This document shows, one piece after another, positions 1 to 16,903 of a DNA stretch of 64,000 bases; the stretch's first letter is position 1; each line of letters begins with the position of its first letter. A program made the translations under genes and the position numbers. The stretch is from Blastocystis sp. Blastoise (Eukaryota; Protista; Bigyra: Opalinata), in the NCBI GenBank assembly GCA_039096225.1, contig JBBPEB010000004.1:62001-126000 (forward strand). Direction: 5' to 3'. The notes below the pieces were generated by a model, which made no database searches, had not been told where the DNA came from, and saw only the letters and a list, made by a program, of their open reading frames with translations.

Positions 1-155
1 TTTATTATTGTTTTTTTTGGCACAAAATACTTTTTGAATTCTTCTGGGCTTTTATTCACTTTTTATTATAATAACTCGTATAATATATATATATTTTATT
101 AGAAAACACTATATTTAACATTAAAAATAATATTATTTAGGAAAACAAACATCTG

Positions 156-3100
156 ATGGAGACTCAAGTTCCAAAAGAGCCAAATTACGCAATGCTTCCT
201 AGTGATTTACCTGCTGGAGGTGAAAAAGAGATTACAAATGTTCATCTTATTGAACAACTGAAAGAGAAACAAAAACGAATTGATAGTTTACAACATGAAA
301 TACATTTTTACGATGATTTCTTGAGAAAATTCAAAAGAAAAGAGTATATATATATATTGAAAAATTTTTGATTTTAAAGTATAACATCAAAATGTTAATC
401 ATATGTTTCTGAATATATTTAGGATAACAGAAGAGAATATTTTATCGATTAACTTTAATTTAAGTGAAGAAAATAGTCGTTATAAAGAACAAATCAATAA
501 AATGAAATTAGTGTTTGACCAAATGCAGCAATTACTTAAAAACACTATTGTATACTTGTTTATATTCTGTTTTCTATTATTTTATAGTGTTTCTGTTGAA
601 TATTCTTATTTTACAATTATTTCTATTTAATTATATTATTATATCTATATATATAGTCTGAGCGTGATTCCCTTGTTACTCGAGTGAGTCAATTGGAAGA
701 AGCCATCAGAGCTAAAGAAGACACGATTCAACAACGAGAACTTCGTATTCGTGAACAACTCAAAGAACAGTATTCCATGGAAACTAAAAACCTTCAAACA
801 CAAATCAAAGTATATATATATATATAGAATTATACGTATTTCTATATTTATTTCCCTTTGTATTCTAGGAATTAACAGGTATGACTTCATTGACTCTGCA
901 TCGATCATGCTTATATCTTTTCATTCTCTCTCTTACTCTATTATTATTATCATGATTATATAAGTATATATTATAATATATAAAGAGTCTTTGAATGCAG
1001 GTAATCCAACGGATCAAGGTATGCATCAAATGTCTGCTATCAATTCCCTCAATGACTCTATGTATATATATATTATATATGTATATATGTATTCTTCTAT
1101 TAACTATCTATAGTAATCAACAGAAATCGTATTATGATACACAGTTAACTACTGCTCAAGAGACAATATCTACTTTAGAGAAGCAGATTGTGGATCAAGA
1201 GCAGACCCTTCAGAATAATACATTGATGATTAATCGCCTTCAAGCACAAAACAAAGAACTTCAGGAACAAACGGATCAGTTGAAGCTCTCTGTAAATAAT
1301 ATGACTGCTAAGGAAACACCTTCTTCAACCACTTTACAACGTTCTTTGGATAGTTTACTTGCTGATTACACTTATCTATATGAACAAATGATGGCAGTTA
1401 TGCAGGATTATAACACTTTAGTCTCTAAATTTAAAGAAATGGAAGATCTTAATTCGGTATGATTTAGTTGTCTTCTATTCTGTCTTTATATTCTATCTAT
1501 TCTATTCATTCTATTAATTTTATTTTATTTTATTTTATTTTAGTTTATTTTATTTTATTTTATTTTATTTTATTTTATTTTATTTTATTTTATTTTATTA
1601 TATCTCTTCTATTTCTTCTATTTCTTCTATTTCTTCTATCTCTTCTATTTCTTCTATCTCTTCTATCTCTTCTATTTCTTCTATCTCTTCCATCTCTTCC
1701 ATCTCTTCTATCTCTTCTATCTCTATAGACATCTGCAACAAATACTGTGTCTCCCTTCAATGCTTCTTTCATTAATACTTTAGTAACTATGCAACATACT
1801 CAAGAAGTTATGAAGGAGAACGTTTCTCTACATGACAAGCTTCGAGACCTACAGAATCATATCGATACCCGTCTCTCTCAGTCTATTCAACGAACTACAG
1901 AGAATAGCAATGCAGAGCCATATATAGAACCAGATTCCTCTAGGACAATGCAACCCCCTGCTCCTCAAGATCTATCGAATCCCCATGGGAATGAGCCACT
2001 TAATGGAGAGAATCACATACCCGCCGAGAGCGATATACCCCTGAGTTCACTGTCCACTAAGACTCGTGAAGAACTGGAAACTATGATTATAACATTCAAG
2101 AACGATCAAATACGTCGTGAGAAGGAATATAATGATATCATTCTGTCTCTTAATAATACCATTCAACAAAATCAAGATGTATCTATATATATATGTTTTG
2201 TTTCTCTCTCAATATATATATATATATATATATGTCCTTAGAATATTCAGTCTTTACAAAAGGATTTACAGTCGGAATCGTTGAGCCCTCAATGGACTGC
2301 AATCCTGTTAAATACCCTAAAGAATCTCTATAAGTCTCTCTATGATGAAATATACAGTATTCTCAATAACCAGAACATGCTTCACTTCAATAGTCTTCAG
2401 CCCATGTCAGACATGCCTGAAGACATCTTAAATGACCCAAATCTGTTCCTTATGACAATTTACCGTAGTATCACGTCACTATTTAATAACTGCTTATCGA
2501 ACACAAAGAGTGCTCTTGAAGGGAATGGAATGAATGCCAATAAATCAATACAGGATCTTAACGATAAGTTACAATCCACTGAAAACATGCTGAATACGAT
2601 TCAGATAGCTAAATCTTCTTTAGAAACTCAACTGAAGGAGTTGAAACAACAATTAGGAACGCATCAAGATGAAGATAATCAACGTATACATGAACTTTAT
2701 GAGATAGAAGACACCCTTAAATCCATATTCCTGACGATTCAACATATCATGCCCTCCATCACCTTACCGCCAAATCTAGAGGACAGTCTTACACATAATA
2801 ATACTCTACAAGGTACGATGAATCATAATATAATTATATATATATATACAACTACTTATTTTAATTATTTATTTTTATATTTTTAATCTTTATGTATATA
2901 TTATTATATTAATGATCATTTTATATACATATTATTATATTAATCATTTTATATTGAAGAGTATATATTGATAACTATATAGATTCTATGTTACATGATT
3001 CGAGAGTCACCACAGGAATAAAAGTGTATATATATCTTTAATCTTTACATTATCTATTTTCCTATTATATATTACTATTCTATATAGTTCTCCAACAAAT

Positions 3101-4503
3101 AAAACACTTAAAGAAGAATTAATGACACTTCTTACGTTTACAGAAGATATTCAGAAGATGCTGAAAGAATCTGAAAATGAGAAAAACATTTTGATTTCTA
3201 GAGATGAAGAAAGAGTTCAAGGATTGAATGAAATTAAAGATATATTAGTATTTATTTATTTATTCTTTATTATATATGTTTCTTTTATATAATATGATTG
3301 TATTCCTTACTGTTTTCTCCTTCTATTCTAGACTCCAATATATATGTCTCTCCAATCCTCTTTACATACAATTCTTCAATCATCACAGGCTACTACTACT
3401 ACTATTGCTCCTTCTACTACTGTGAATGCGAATACTTCACTCCCCAATGTCAATCCTACAGTATTAGAATCCTATGCGTCATTCTTATCACAAAGCTCTA
3501 CTATTCCTGATTCTTTCGACTCCATGCTATCGACTATTCTTGATTCTCTATCTGCATTAAGATCAAATGTGAGTCAATATATTTCTGGATTCCAATCTCT
3601 GTATACACAGTTTATCGATATAAAAGGGAAGATGGAATCTATTCAAACTAAATATAATCTCTTGTCTAAAGAGAAAGATGCATCTACTTCTCATTATACG
3701 AATACGTTAGAGACTTATCAACATCAAATAGAGGAACTAAAGGAAACTATGGATACTCTTCAATCTACTCTTCAAGAGAGAGATACCACAAGTAATGCAA
3801 TGAAAAAAGAACTTGAAAGAGTGAAACAGGAATATGCTGGGAAAGAATCTATTTATACTAGTAATATAGCACGTATGAATGAATATGATTCGAAGTTCCA
3901 TGAGATTGATTCTAAATATAAACAATTATATGAAGAACATAAGAAATTACAACAATCTATAGAGACCCATGAGAAGGAAATAAATGATAATCGTGTTGAA
4001 TCTACTGCTTTATTGAATACAAGGGAGAGTGAAATCCAAGAATATTTGAGAACAATAGAGAATTATAAGAATCAGTTGAGTCAGTTACAAAATGACTTAG
4101 GGAAATGTCAAAGTAAGATTCAAGAGATGTCTAAGATTAATTATAATTTGAATGCCTTATTACATAATAGTGAGGAAGAGAAGAAACAGATGGATCAAGA
4201 TAGTGATGAAAAGGAGGATATTATTAATCAGTTGAAGAAGAAGATATATAGTTTACAGAGTGACGTTCAGAGTCGAGAATCGGCACTACAGGAATATCAG
4301 GAAGAGAAACAATCAATGACAAGTCGCATCGAAACACTTTCGGTTGCTAAACAGGAGTTTGTGGATAACTTAGTTAATAAGAAGAATATGTATAAAGCAA
4401 GAGCAGCTTCTCTTGAAATCCAATTACGTACTTGTGAACAAGACTTGGAGCTATTGAGAATCGAATTAGACACAAGAGCTCATAAATGTGCTAATCTTCA
4501 AGT

Positions 4504-4569
<66 letters not shown>

Positions 4570-4646
4570 TTTCTTTTTTTATATATTATTTTAATATATA
4601 TATATAGAAGACCATAGAAATATTCCGTTCTAATCCATATTACTAA
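156..4646 (+). CDS. Large multi-exon coiled-coil protein, function unknown
   Basis: E/K/Q/L-rich heptad ORF pieces (156, 423, 657, 1114, 1729, 2242, 3333) join in frame through GT-AG introns, including a 10-nt microexon at 869-878; last exon KTIEIFRSNPYY* ends TAA 4644-4646. Confidence 0.75.
1519..1725 (+). repeat. Intronic compound microsatellite: (TATTT)n then (TCTTCTATY)n
   Basis: Directly visible inside the intron between NS|gtatga and ctatag|ACA. Confidence 0.9.
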
Positions 4647-5119
4647 TCTATATCAGTTTGTTCTATTACTTTTTTGTTAAACTTTTATTTTTTTGTGTGT
4701 TATTCCTTTTTCTTTTTTGAATTTATTCAAGTATTTATGCTTATATTGTCTTTTGTTATAGTGTATATATATGTATATATATATATATCAATAAAATATA
4801 AACGAAACAAATTTTATTTTATTACACACAAAAAAAAATATATCTTCAACTGGAAATAAGTATCTTTAAAAAAAAAAGTAAAAAAAAAAAAAAAAAAATC
4901 AAGAAAATGATAAAAAAGCAGTTGAAATAAAAATGAGATATACAAAAAAGACATAAAATAGTATATAGACTGTTAAAAAACTATCGAGAGGGAAAGAACG
5001 TTAAAAAACTATCCCATTTCAGACATATACATACTAACTAAATAGCAAACAACAATATATATATATGTATAAATGATAAATATAAAAAAGTTATAAGTAT
5101 GTTTTTGAAACGAGGAATT

Positions 5120-6171
5120 TCAAGAGAAGTGAGTGTTTGAAGATACGTAGCTATAAAGTATATGAAAAAGGGTATACTAGGTAATATAAGAAGTAGTATA
5201 TCCTATGGTATAGTGGAGACGTAAGTGTTTACGAATAGAGTTGTTCAAGGATTTGATCGTATTTGGCCATTAAGCACTTATGATGGTTCTTATACATATC
5301 CTCTGTATTCTTATAAGTCTCTTCTAAACGTATATCTAACTGATTCTCATTCTCTTGTGTCCAGAATTCATAGTTATAGAAATAGTAGAGTGAGTTGACG
5401 TCTACAATGTGGTTTGTAGCACTCGTATCCGAGAGATCTGTGTCGTTTAGTGGATTCATCAGATCTTGGACGGTTTGATTAACAAGGGGATCGGGAGTGA
5501 CAGTGTCACTGAGGGGGGTTATTGGAGAGGGCTCAGTAAATAATTCAGTATTCATGTCAGTATTCGGTTGACCAAGGAATTTGATCGTATTTGGTTCTTC
5601 AGGAGTATCAGTCATTTCATCATCATCATCATCATCATGGCTTAAATCAATTACAACTAAATACAAATATATTATAAATAAATAAGTAAATAAATAAATA
5701 AATAAATAATATAATATAATAAACAACATAAAACTAAAACATAAATAAATGAAATATAAATATATACATTCATAAATGGGATATCCATAATATGGAATAT
5801 AATTCGACATCATGGAAAAACCTAAATAATGAAAATGGTAAATATTAAAAAAATAAATAAATGAAAGAGAGTAAATAGAACCTAAGAAAAGATGCAAAAC
5901 AAAAGCTATATATACTATTTGAAGGATTAACGTGATCATCACGATTTGAAATCGATTGTTTACGCCAATCACCTTCAATACCAGTTAGATCCACTGCTTT
6001 ATTTCTAAGGGTTGATCGAGAATCATGAATCGAGGAATCATTATATCGTCTGGGAGAACGATACTTTGAATGGTATGATTGAGTAGTTGGCAAACTCTCA
6101 TTTTCATACCCTTTATGATCTGATAGTTTTGAAGACTGTTTTGTTCGATTCCTTGATCCGACCTTAGACAT
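5120..6171 (-). CDS. Hypothetical protein with basic N-terminus and acidic/Pro-Thr-rich middle
   Basis: ATG at 6171 (MSKVGSRNR), further exons in ORF 5229-5978, final exon YVSSNTHFS* with TGA at 5120-5122; GT-AG junctions. No family recognised. Confidence 0.55.
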
Positions 6172-6914
6172 AAGCTACTTTAACGAAATACATTTTTATA
6201 TGATTATTCTTCAAAGCCTTTTCTTTTCTTTATCTGATAATCATGGTTTTCTTTTTTTTCGTAGTTTTTTTAATTTTTAGTTATATTTTTCATTATTTAT
6301 ACCTTTTCCATTGTCTTTTAACATTTATATTTACATGAATTAATCAAAAGAATATAACTGTAATTATAATTCACATTCTCGTATCTTATTTTATCAAAAT
6401 ATGTTTAGTTTTATATTAATTGTGAATTTAAAATTATAGTATGAATGGAACAGACTTAATAGACATATAAAGAATACAGAGAAACGATTTTTATTGATTT
6501 ATCTTATTCTTTTGTTCATTTAAAACACTTGCTTATTTCTAAAAAAAATGATCATTATTTGTCTTCATAACATGAATTGTTGTCATATAATATATAAAAA
6601 TCTGAATTATTGCAATTAATTATGACGATTCTGTTAAAACTTTTCGATTTGGTTCAAAATTGTTCATTTATTCATATGTACTCACTTTAACAGGTCTAAT
6701 AAATACATATATTTATAAGAATTCTATTCTTTTATAGTAGAAAGCTAAAACGAATAATTTTCTGTCTTGACTCTGAATAATGCTGAAAATATTTGGATTC
6801 AAAAAAAAAATTTTTTTTTTGTATTTTGAGTAACGAAGAGCTTCTTGTTTCTCTTTTAAATCTGAATCAAGAATATTTAATATAGAAACTTAATTCAAAT
6901 ATATATATTAACAA

Positions 6915-7444
6915 ATGGATACAAATAAGAACGATGAGATGTCTTTAATTAATTTATTAAAGGCTTTAGATACATATCAACCTTCTATTCCTGAAGAAGT
7001 CACTAGTTATTTGTTGAATCAGTCTGGTTGTAATTTAGATGATAGTCGACTTGTCAAAATGGTATCTTTATCAGCTCAACGTTTTTTAGCTGAGATTGTC
7101 ACTGATGCGATGAGTCTTAATAAACTAACTAATATTCAGGTATATCTGAGTTATTATAGTAAATACAATAAATATATTATTTCAGTTTTTCTATTTCTTT
7201 AAAAAAATGTTTTTATGCTATGATCTATTTATTTTCTAATATTCAGGATGACCCAGATAGTGAAACAGAACCAACGTTAACTTTATCACAAGTCACTCAA
7301 ATGTATATAGATATATATATATATTATAGTTTATATTTATAAATTGCACTCTATTTTTTAATGGACCCTTCATTTCTCTCTAGTTTGGAGCGAAAAGGTA
7401 TGAATACCACAAAACTAAGCATGACTCAAAAACCCAAACAGTAA
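6915..7444 (+). CDS. TAF10: TFIID/SAGA subunit 10 (histone fold)
   Basis: LDTYQPSIPEEVTSYLLNQSG...DSRLVKMVSLSAQRFLAEIVTDAM matches the TAF10 motif; 3 exons, TAA 7442-7444. Confidence 0.9.
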
Positions 7445-7974
7445 TCTTACTCCTCTTATACTATATATCTATTTTCAATTTTCTTTTTTTTCATTATCTA
7501 ATAAGGATATATTAATAACTGCTTTTTCTTTATATATATGTTAACATGTTATAATTAAATACTTTTTTTTTCTTGTTTTTATGTCATTAATAAGAAGAGT
7601 GTAGACTCATTTGTAATAGGTTAGTATTCTTATATTGTTTCAAATGATGACTTTGAAATTATAATTTATATGAGTAAACTATTATTTTTATGAAATATAT
7701 TTAAATATATATATATTTAAAGTAAAAATGATGAGATAATGATTTTCTGTGTTTTCATGAAATAAAAAATTATTATATATATTATTTTTGAAAAATAATG
7801 ATATATATTCATTAAGAGACATATTATAGAGTCATAAAAGAACAAGAAGAGATGTAAAGAACATTTCAAAATTGTTTTAAGGAAATGTGAACTAACCCAA
7901 AGAGAAAAAGTAAAATGAATAGAGTATATAAATTTTTATTTTGTAATAATAATCAAATGAATTTTTTATTTTAA

Positions 7975-10465
<2,491 letters not shown>

Positions 10466-10917
10466 TTTTCGATTTTCTGTTTTATTGAATTATTTGTTTT
10501 TAATAAGACTTGTTTTACGATATATAGAACACACAAATTACTTAAAATAAATAATCTTAAAGGAAAAGCAATAATTAATTGTATAATAAGCTCAATAAAT
10601 GTAAAACAGAAAAATGATCTAAACCATGATTCTTGATGAATTCTCGAGTCATTTTTTCTATTGTCTCATTCTCCATTTTTCTTATATATATAAAAAATAT
10701 CAGTTTACGACTGATTACATCTTAAAAAGATAGTTCACTTTTCTTTGAAAAACTCTTCTTCTTCAGTTCATTTTTGTAAAAAAGATCTGATTTTTTTGAG
10801 AAATAAACTAAATTAGTTTTATTTAGCGTATAGTCTCTAATCTCAGCGAGTCAACTATTTATTCTGTACAAACTATTGTAGGACTCATTAGTAAGATATA
10901 TTTAACAAGAAATCACA

Positions 10918-12425
10918 ATGCTATCGTCACTTTGGAAGTTAAAAGATACTGCTTTCGAAACTTTTGGAATTCGAGACTATGAAGATAAAGATATACTAGA
11001 GTTCCGAGAAGAAATCAAGAAATGTGAATCAAATCTAATGTATTTGTTTCGTTATTTGTTGTCATTATTATTATTTTTGAATATGAAATTTATTAAATAT
11101 ATAGAGGAATAGATAGTTGCATCAATGAATCATTAAAATACATTCGATTATATAAAACAAAAATGACTAATTTGTTAAAGTTGACTCAACCAATGAATAA
11201 ATGTGGATCCAAAGAAGAAATTTGGAATATAGCTTCACATTTTGATAACTCTATAAGTATTATCACATCTACAGTAGAGGATAAAGCTGTATATCTATTT
11301 TATATATTGTTGAATAATATTCTTGTGTATATAATATAATTTGATTATAGAAGACACAGTTAGCGTATGAGTTATTGGCTCAAGTAGAAGATGAACTTAA
11401 TTTACTAGAAGGCACAAAAGAAAGAATATTAGAATGTGAAAATTCTATAAAAGATTTTGATATTGTATATATTTATTAATATTATTATTATTCATATATA
11501 TATTAATTAATATAAATAATATTATTATTCTCCTATTTATATAGAACTATTCAGATCCGGATATTCCTACGATTCCATCACTTTCTCAGGATACTACTGA
11601 TAAATTAGAAGTATCCTATATTAATATTATATAACTATCATGATGTATTATTATTGTCTATCTAAGTAGTGTTTATTTTAAGTATCTTATAATATATATA
11701 TATAGGTAGAAGTGGAGGAAAATGCTTCGGACCGAATGCTCTTTATGATTCGAGAACAAAAGAAGCAGCTGCAACAGGATATTCGAGATGTAAAACAGAA
11801 GAACAAACTATTTGTTATCTCTTCACTTCAAAAAGTATATAGAATTATGCATATTTATATATGTTTTGTATGAATATAAAATATCTAAGAGTATTAGTAT
11901 TATCTATTCTTTTATTTTTATGTTTATGATATATTTTTTTCTTATTTCGTATTATCAATTGCCTTCTATATAGTTACGAGACATTCAATCAACCTTATTT
12001 GATCAGATTGCTCTTTCTCTTTCTCTCCCTCCTCCTAGTGAATTAACTACTATTAATAAACCCCTTCTTGATGGAAGAGAAGATGCAGAACTCGAATTTG
12101 ATGTCTCTCCAGGGAAAACACATGCTATACCTTTAGAAATGCTTGAAGGTAGATATGTACGTTGGGTATTTTATTGTGAACAGGATATTGGTTTTGGAGT
12201 CGCTTGGAAATATGTGGAGAAGAAGAATTTGAATATGAATCGTGAATATTCGAAAGACACACCAATAGATATTACTGCAGAGAAAGAGAAAGAGAAAGAG
12301 AAAGAGAATGTAGTTGATATAGATAATCAACATGATGATGAAGATGAAGAAGAAGCGGAAGAGCTTAATAGTCATTCTACTTCTCATCCTCTGAACAATA
12401 TTCATACTTCACCATCAGCTGCTGA

Positions 12426-12470
<45 letters not shown>

Positions 12471-13219
12471 TATATATTACATATTATATATTATATCTTT
12501 TAAATCCATATAAATGTAATTCATTGTATATATGATGATATATCTATTATTTATAGTATCTCCTGCAGGAGTGGCAATGATTGATATTCATCATTATACA
12601 TCTGCTATAACTCTATCTGCTGAGACTGTTACATCTGTAGAACAAGCAAAACAACTCGATGATCTTCTCGAAGAAATGGATCAACAATCTCAATCTATAG
12701 CTAAAACATCAACTACAAGTACGATCTCTAATGTTACTCCAGAATCTCAACACATCGATGATGAGGCATCTATAAATGCAGAAATAGACTCACAGATAAA
12801 TAAAGAAGATACGAATAAGTATAAGGCAAATACAACCCTAATCGTACAACCTAAACGAACTATTGGAGGAGATGGACGTCATGTGATGTATATATTATAT
12901 ATATGAATTATTTCGATATATATATATATATAATATAGATTGTATTTTATTAATTGTTATTGTATACTATTTATAGAGGTTCCTTCGTATCTCCTTCCTA
13001 CGGAATGCTGGTATTTGAATGGGATAATACATATTCCATATTCAAAACAAAATCAGTATATCTTAGACTCTCTTATCGTGGTATATATATATATATATAA
13101 AATTTTTAATAATGTAACTATTATAATAATTATTATAAAAATATTAATGATCATTTTATGTCTTTTGAATAAAAGAATCCTATTTATGTTTTTTTATTTA
13201 TATAGATAATGCGGATTAA
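10918..13219 (+). CDS. Helical (possibly BAR-like) N-terminus plus interrupted GOLD domain
   Basis: VRWVFYCEQDIGFGV and, after a long insert, IGSFVSPSYGMLVFEWDNTYSIFKTKSV resemble the two halves of a GOLD domain; GT-AG junctions; TAA 13217-13219. Confidence 0.65.
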
Positions 13220-13509
13220 TTGTTTTTTCGTATTCACAAATAGAATAAACTATAAGATACTTTAATCTATTAGATCAGTCATTAGAATCTGATTGGTTTT
13301 CTTTTATAATTATTATTATATATATATTTTTAGCATGTTTGTTGTTTAAATTCTATTATTTATAATACTCACTTTCAAGTTAGATGTATTATTCATATAA
13401 TTAGTTATCTTTTTATTTTTGTAAACAAATATCGAGCATTTATTAAAATAAAATAAAACTAAAAAATGAAGACAAAGCAATTCATTATAAAAGGAAACAA
13501 TTATATTAT

Positions 13510-15238
13510 TTAGCAAACTTCAGAAAATAATTTAAGCGATGTTCTAAGATTGGAATAAGTGCAAATATAGTGAAGAGCATTGACATGTTCTTCACGGAAA
13601 GGAAGTGAATATCCGCATTTAGAAGTGAGTTGAGAAGCTAATTCATTGACACAATAATGATCTCCTCTACCAGAGTATTTCATAGCTGATTCAACCTTCT
13701 TTTCACCAACAGAACGACTAACTAATCTACTAACAGATATTTCTTTCTTTAAATCTTGCAGAATAACTTGTTCTAATTCCTTCATAGCATCATCATTAGA
13801 ATTCTTATTTGAACGAATGGCCTTCCATTTAGCTAAATGAAGAGGAACATCAGGAACAGCAACTCTATCAGGAGCATTACGTATTCTATTAAGATTATTA
13901 TTATCATTATTATTATTATTATATGGAATATATATGTGAAGACTATTAAATAAATTGATTATATATATAATAAATAAACATAATAAAATAATAGTAAATG
14001 AGTATATATAATTCTATTAAGATTTCTGAAGGAGCGACGAGTCATTGTAGATCCAAAGACTTCACTTAATAATTCATTACCAATAGTATCAATATCACCA
14101 TATTGAGAAATATTCTGATCTGTCTTAAGAGCAACGTTATCATGAGCAATCTTAAATACATCATTATGAGTAATAGCAGTACCATTCTTTATAGGTTTAT
14201 AGTAATAATATTTAAAATAGATGATCAATATATATATTTAATATTTAAAATAAATGATCAATATAAAAAATATTTTACATATATATATATACCTTTTCAA
14301 CGATATTTTCCCATTCATCATCATAATAGGCAGAGATACAAGTATGAAGATTCTTACCATTAATAACATCGTTAGGAGGACAGAAACTCATCCACGCAGA
14401 GTGTTTATCATCAGCACCTGTGAAGGCATATACATTAAGACCCTGAGGAAGATCTGTGAACATTGAACCAGAATAACAAGCTTCAAAATAAAATACAAGT
14501 TTCTTATATTTTTTAGCATTGTACATCTTTTGAATAGTATCCATAAGGACAGTAGCTTTAAGTTGAGCATGACCAACTTCACAAGAACCTGGACCACCGT
14601 GATCCATGTAATAAACAAAAATAGTATCTTCTTCATTTGAATATATAGGAATATTTTTATTATAAATAAATATAATTAAGCAAATAAACCTTAAATACAA
14701 ATAAACTTTAAATATAAATAAATAAACAAACATACATTAATAACTTTAGGATTTTCAATACCAGTTAATTTTTTCATAGTATCAGCATCACCACTTAAAG
14801 CAGCCATAAATGTTTCAGGAGTAATATTATCTCCAGTATAATCGATATATGCACGACATTCAGGAGCATAATCTTCAGGAAGACCACTTTCACTAGATTC
14901 AGAGAACATTTGACCAGGATAAGGATTTCTGTCATTATCAAAATTTCCATCAAAAGAGAAATAAACAATATGATCTCTAGGGATTCCATTACGAACAGCT
15001 AAAGATACATAAATTTTTAATTATTAAAAACGAGATAATAATTTATTTATTTTTTGTATTTCAGAAGCATTATATATCATAAATATAATAAATAAAATAT
15101 ATATACAGCATAACCACGACAGATAGTTGAAGTAATACAATAATTACCCCACGCAGTATTAGCAGAAAGGAAAAGAGCCCATTTCTCTGCTGAAGCCACA
15201 GCCAGAAGAAGGCCAAGAACAATAAACATCTTATTCAT
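13510..15238 (-). CDS. Legumain-like cysteine protease (family C13) with signal peptide
   Basis: Signal peptide MFIVLGLLLAVASA; NPYPG, IDYTG, YYMDHGGPG (catalytic His), FEACYSGSMF (catalytic Cys), C-terminal prodomain. Three of four introns lack canonical ends in this sequence. Confidence 0.9.
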
Positions 15239-15856
15239 TATTTTAAAACAAATAACAAACAATTTTATTTTGTAAAGATGTGTTGAACTGTTTTAAAAAC
15301 GATATCTAAAGGATTAGTGTGTCATTATCTGTGCTCCAGCTTCATCATCAAGTATTCTTATTCCTATTGGTAAATCGAAAAACAAATCTACATTTCTATT
15401 TATTCTTCTCTTTATGACGCAACCGTTTCCATAAATACAAATAATGATGACACATATCGTTTCTCTATTGCTTTTGCATATATGAAGAAATAGCAACAAC
15501 TATGGATCATTTGTTATGAAAGTCTTATTATGATGATTCTTAATATAAAGATTATGCTTATTTTTGTTTGAGTCTTTTTGAAAAGGCAACTAATTGAATA
15601 TAGGTTTTTTACTTTTGATTCAGATGTTGTTTTTATACCTAAGAATTTTGTCGGAGTTTTAAAAAATAGGGTTCATATTGAAATAGAAAGATCTGGATAA
15701 TCTACAATTATTTTTTTAAAAACTCGAACGAGAAAAATAGGTGCAACAAACAAATAATAAAAAATAAATTTATAACAAACACACAGAATATAACAATGAT
15801 AAAAAAGGAATATTTTATGAATAGAAACAAGTTGATATTGATTAAAAGTATATATT

Positions 15857-16903
15857 TTATTGTTTTAAAAGAGCCATGACTTCGATAGCTCTATGTTTAC
15901 TGATTCTTCGTCTTTGACTTTCTTCATCATCTCCTTCAATATTAAGAGGCTATATATATATATGTTAATAAACTATATTCTGTGTGATCATTAATGCTTT
16001 ATTGCCTTAGATCATGATAAGGATTGTTCGTAGCAATATAATTATATACAATTTTACTATCGATTTGTTTGGCATATGTTAAAGTCTCGTCACGAGCTAC
16101 ACCCTATAGAAGTTATTATTATACTCAATAAGTTATATATGTATTTATGAAGCTTAAAATAATAAAAAATATGAGTAAGAATTATTAAATTAAAATATAG
16201 AATATAATACATAAAATATAAAAATAATAAATATAGAATATAAATATAATAATAAAAAAAATAATGAATATAAATATAATAATATATAAACAATAATAAA
16301 TCTAAAATAAAAATTATATATATATATAAAAATATAATAATGAATATAAATATAATTATATAAAAATAATAATAAATATAATAATACCTTTAAATCAGAT
16401 AAATATTCTAGCATGATTTTGAAATCTTCTTTTGTTAAGACACGAGGATCAAATAAATGTTGTAATAATACTGTCTATATAAAAGTATATTAAGAATAAT
16501 ATGTTTTTTAAATACTACAGTATATATTACAAATATCAAGATAACACTAAATAAGCAAAATAATACAAATGAAAGAATAAAAACAAATTGAGAAAATAAT
16601 AGTTATACTTACTTGTTTGCCTTTTTTGAACTTCCAATTCTCTCTGTCATTCTTCCATTTATATAAATATTCAATAGCTGGATGTCTGATATCAATCATA
16701 TCAGCTTGCTCACTTAAAATATCTGAAAGCTTTTTTCCACTCATATCATTAGAAAAGTCAATTTTCTTTGTTTGAATTGGTTTTACTTCAGCAGGAGCAG
16801 AGTCTGATTTAATAGTTTCTTCAGCGGCTACAACAGGTCTTCTGATATTTCTTTTTAATTTTCTAACAATCTTCTTGTGAGTCGTTGCCTCTTTATCTTC
16901 CAT
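15857..16903 (-). CDS. WKF-domain protein (C7orf50-like)
   Basis: AIEYLYKWKNDRENWKFKKGKQ-TVLLQHLFD...MLEYLSDLKG; 4 exons; TAA 15857-15859. Confidence 0.8.
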
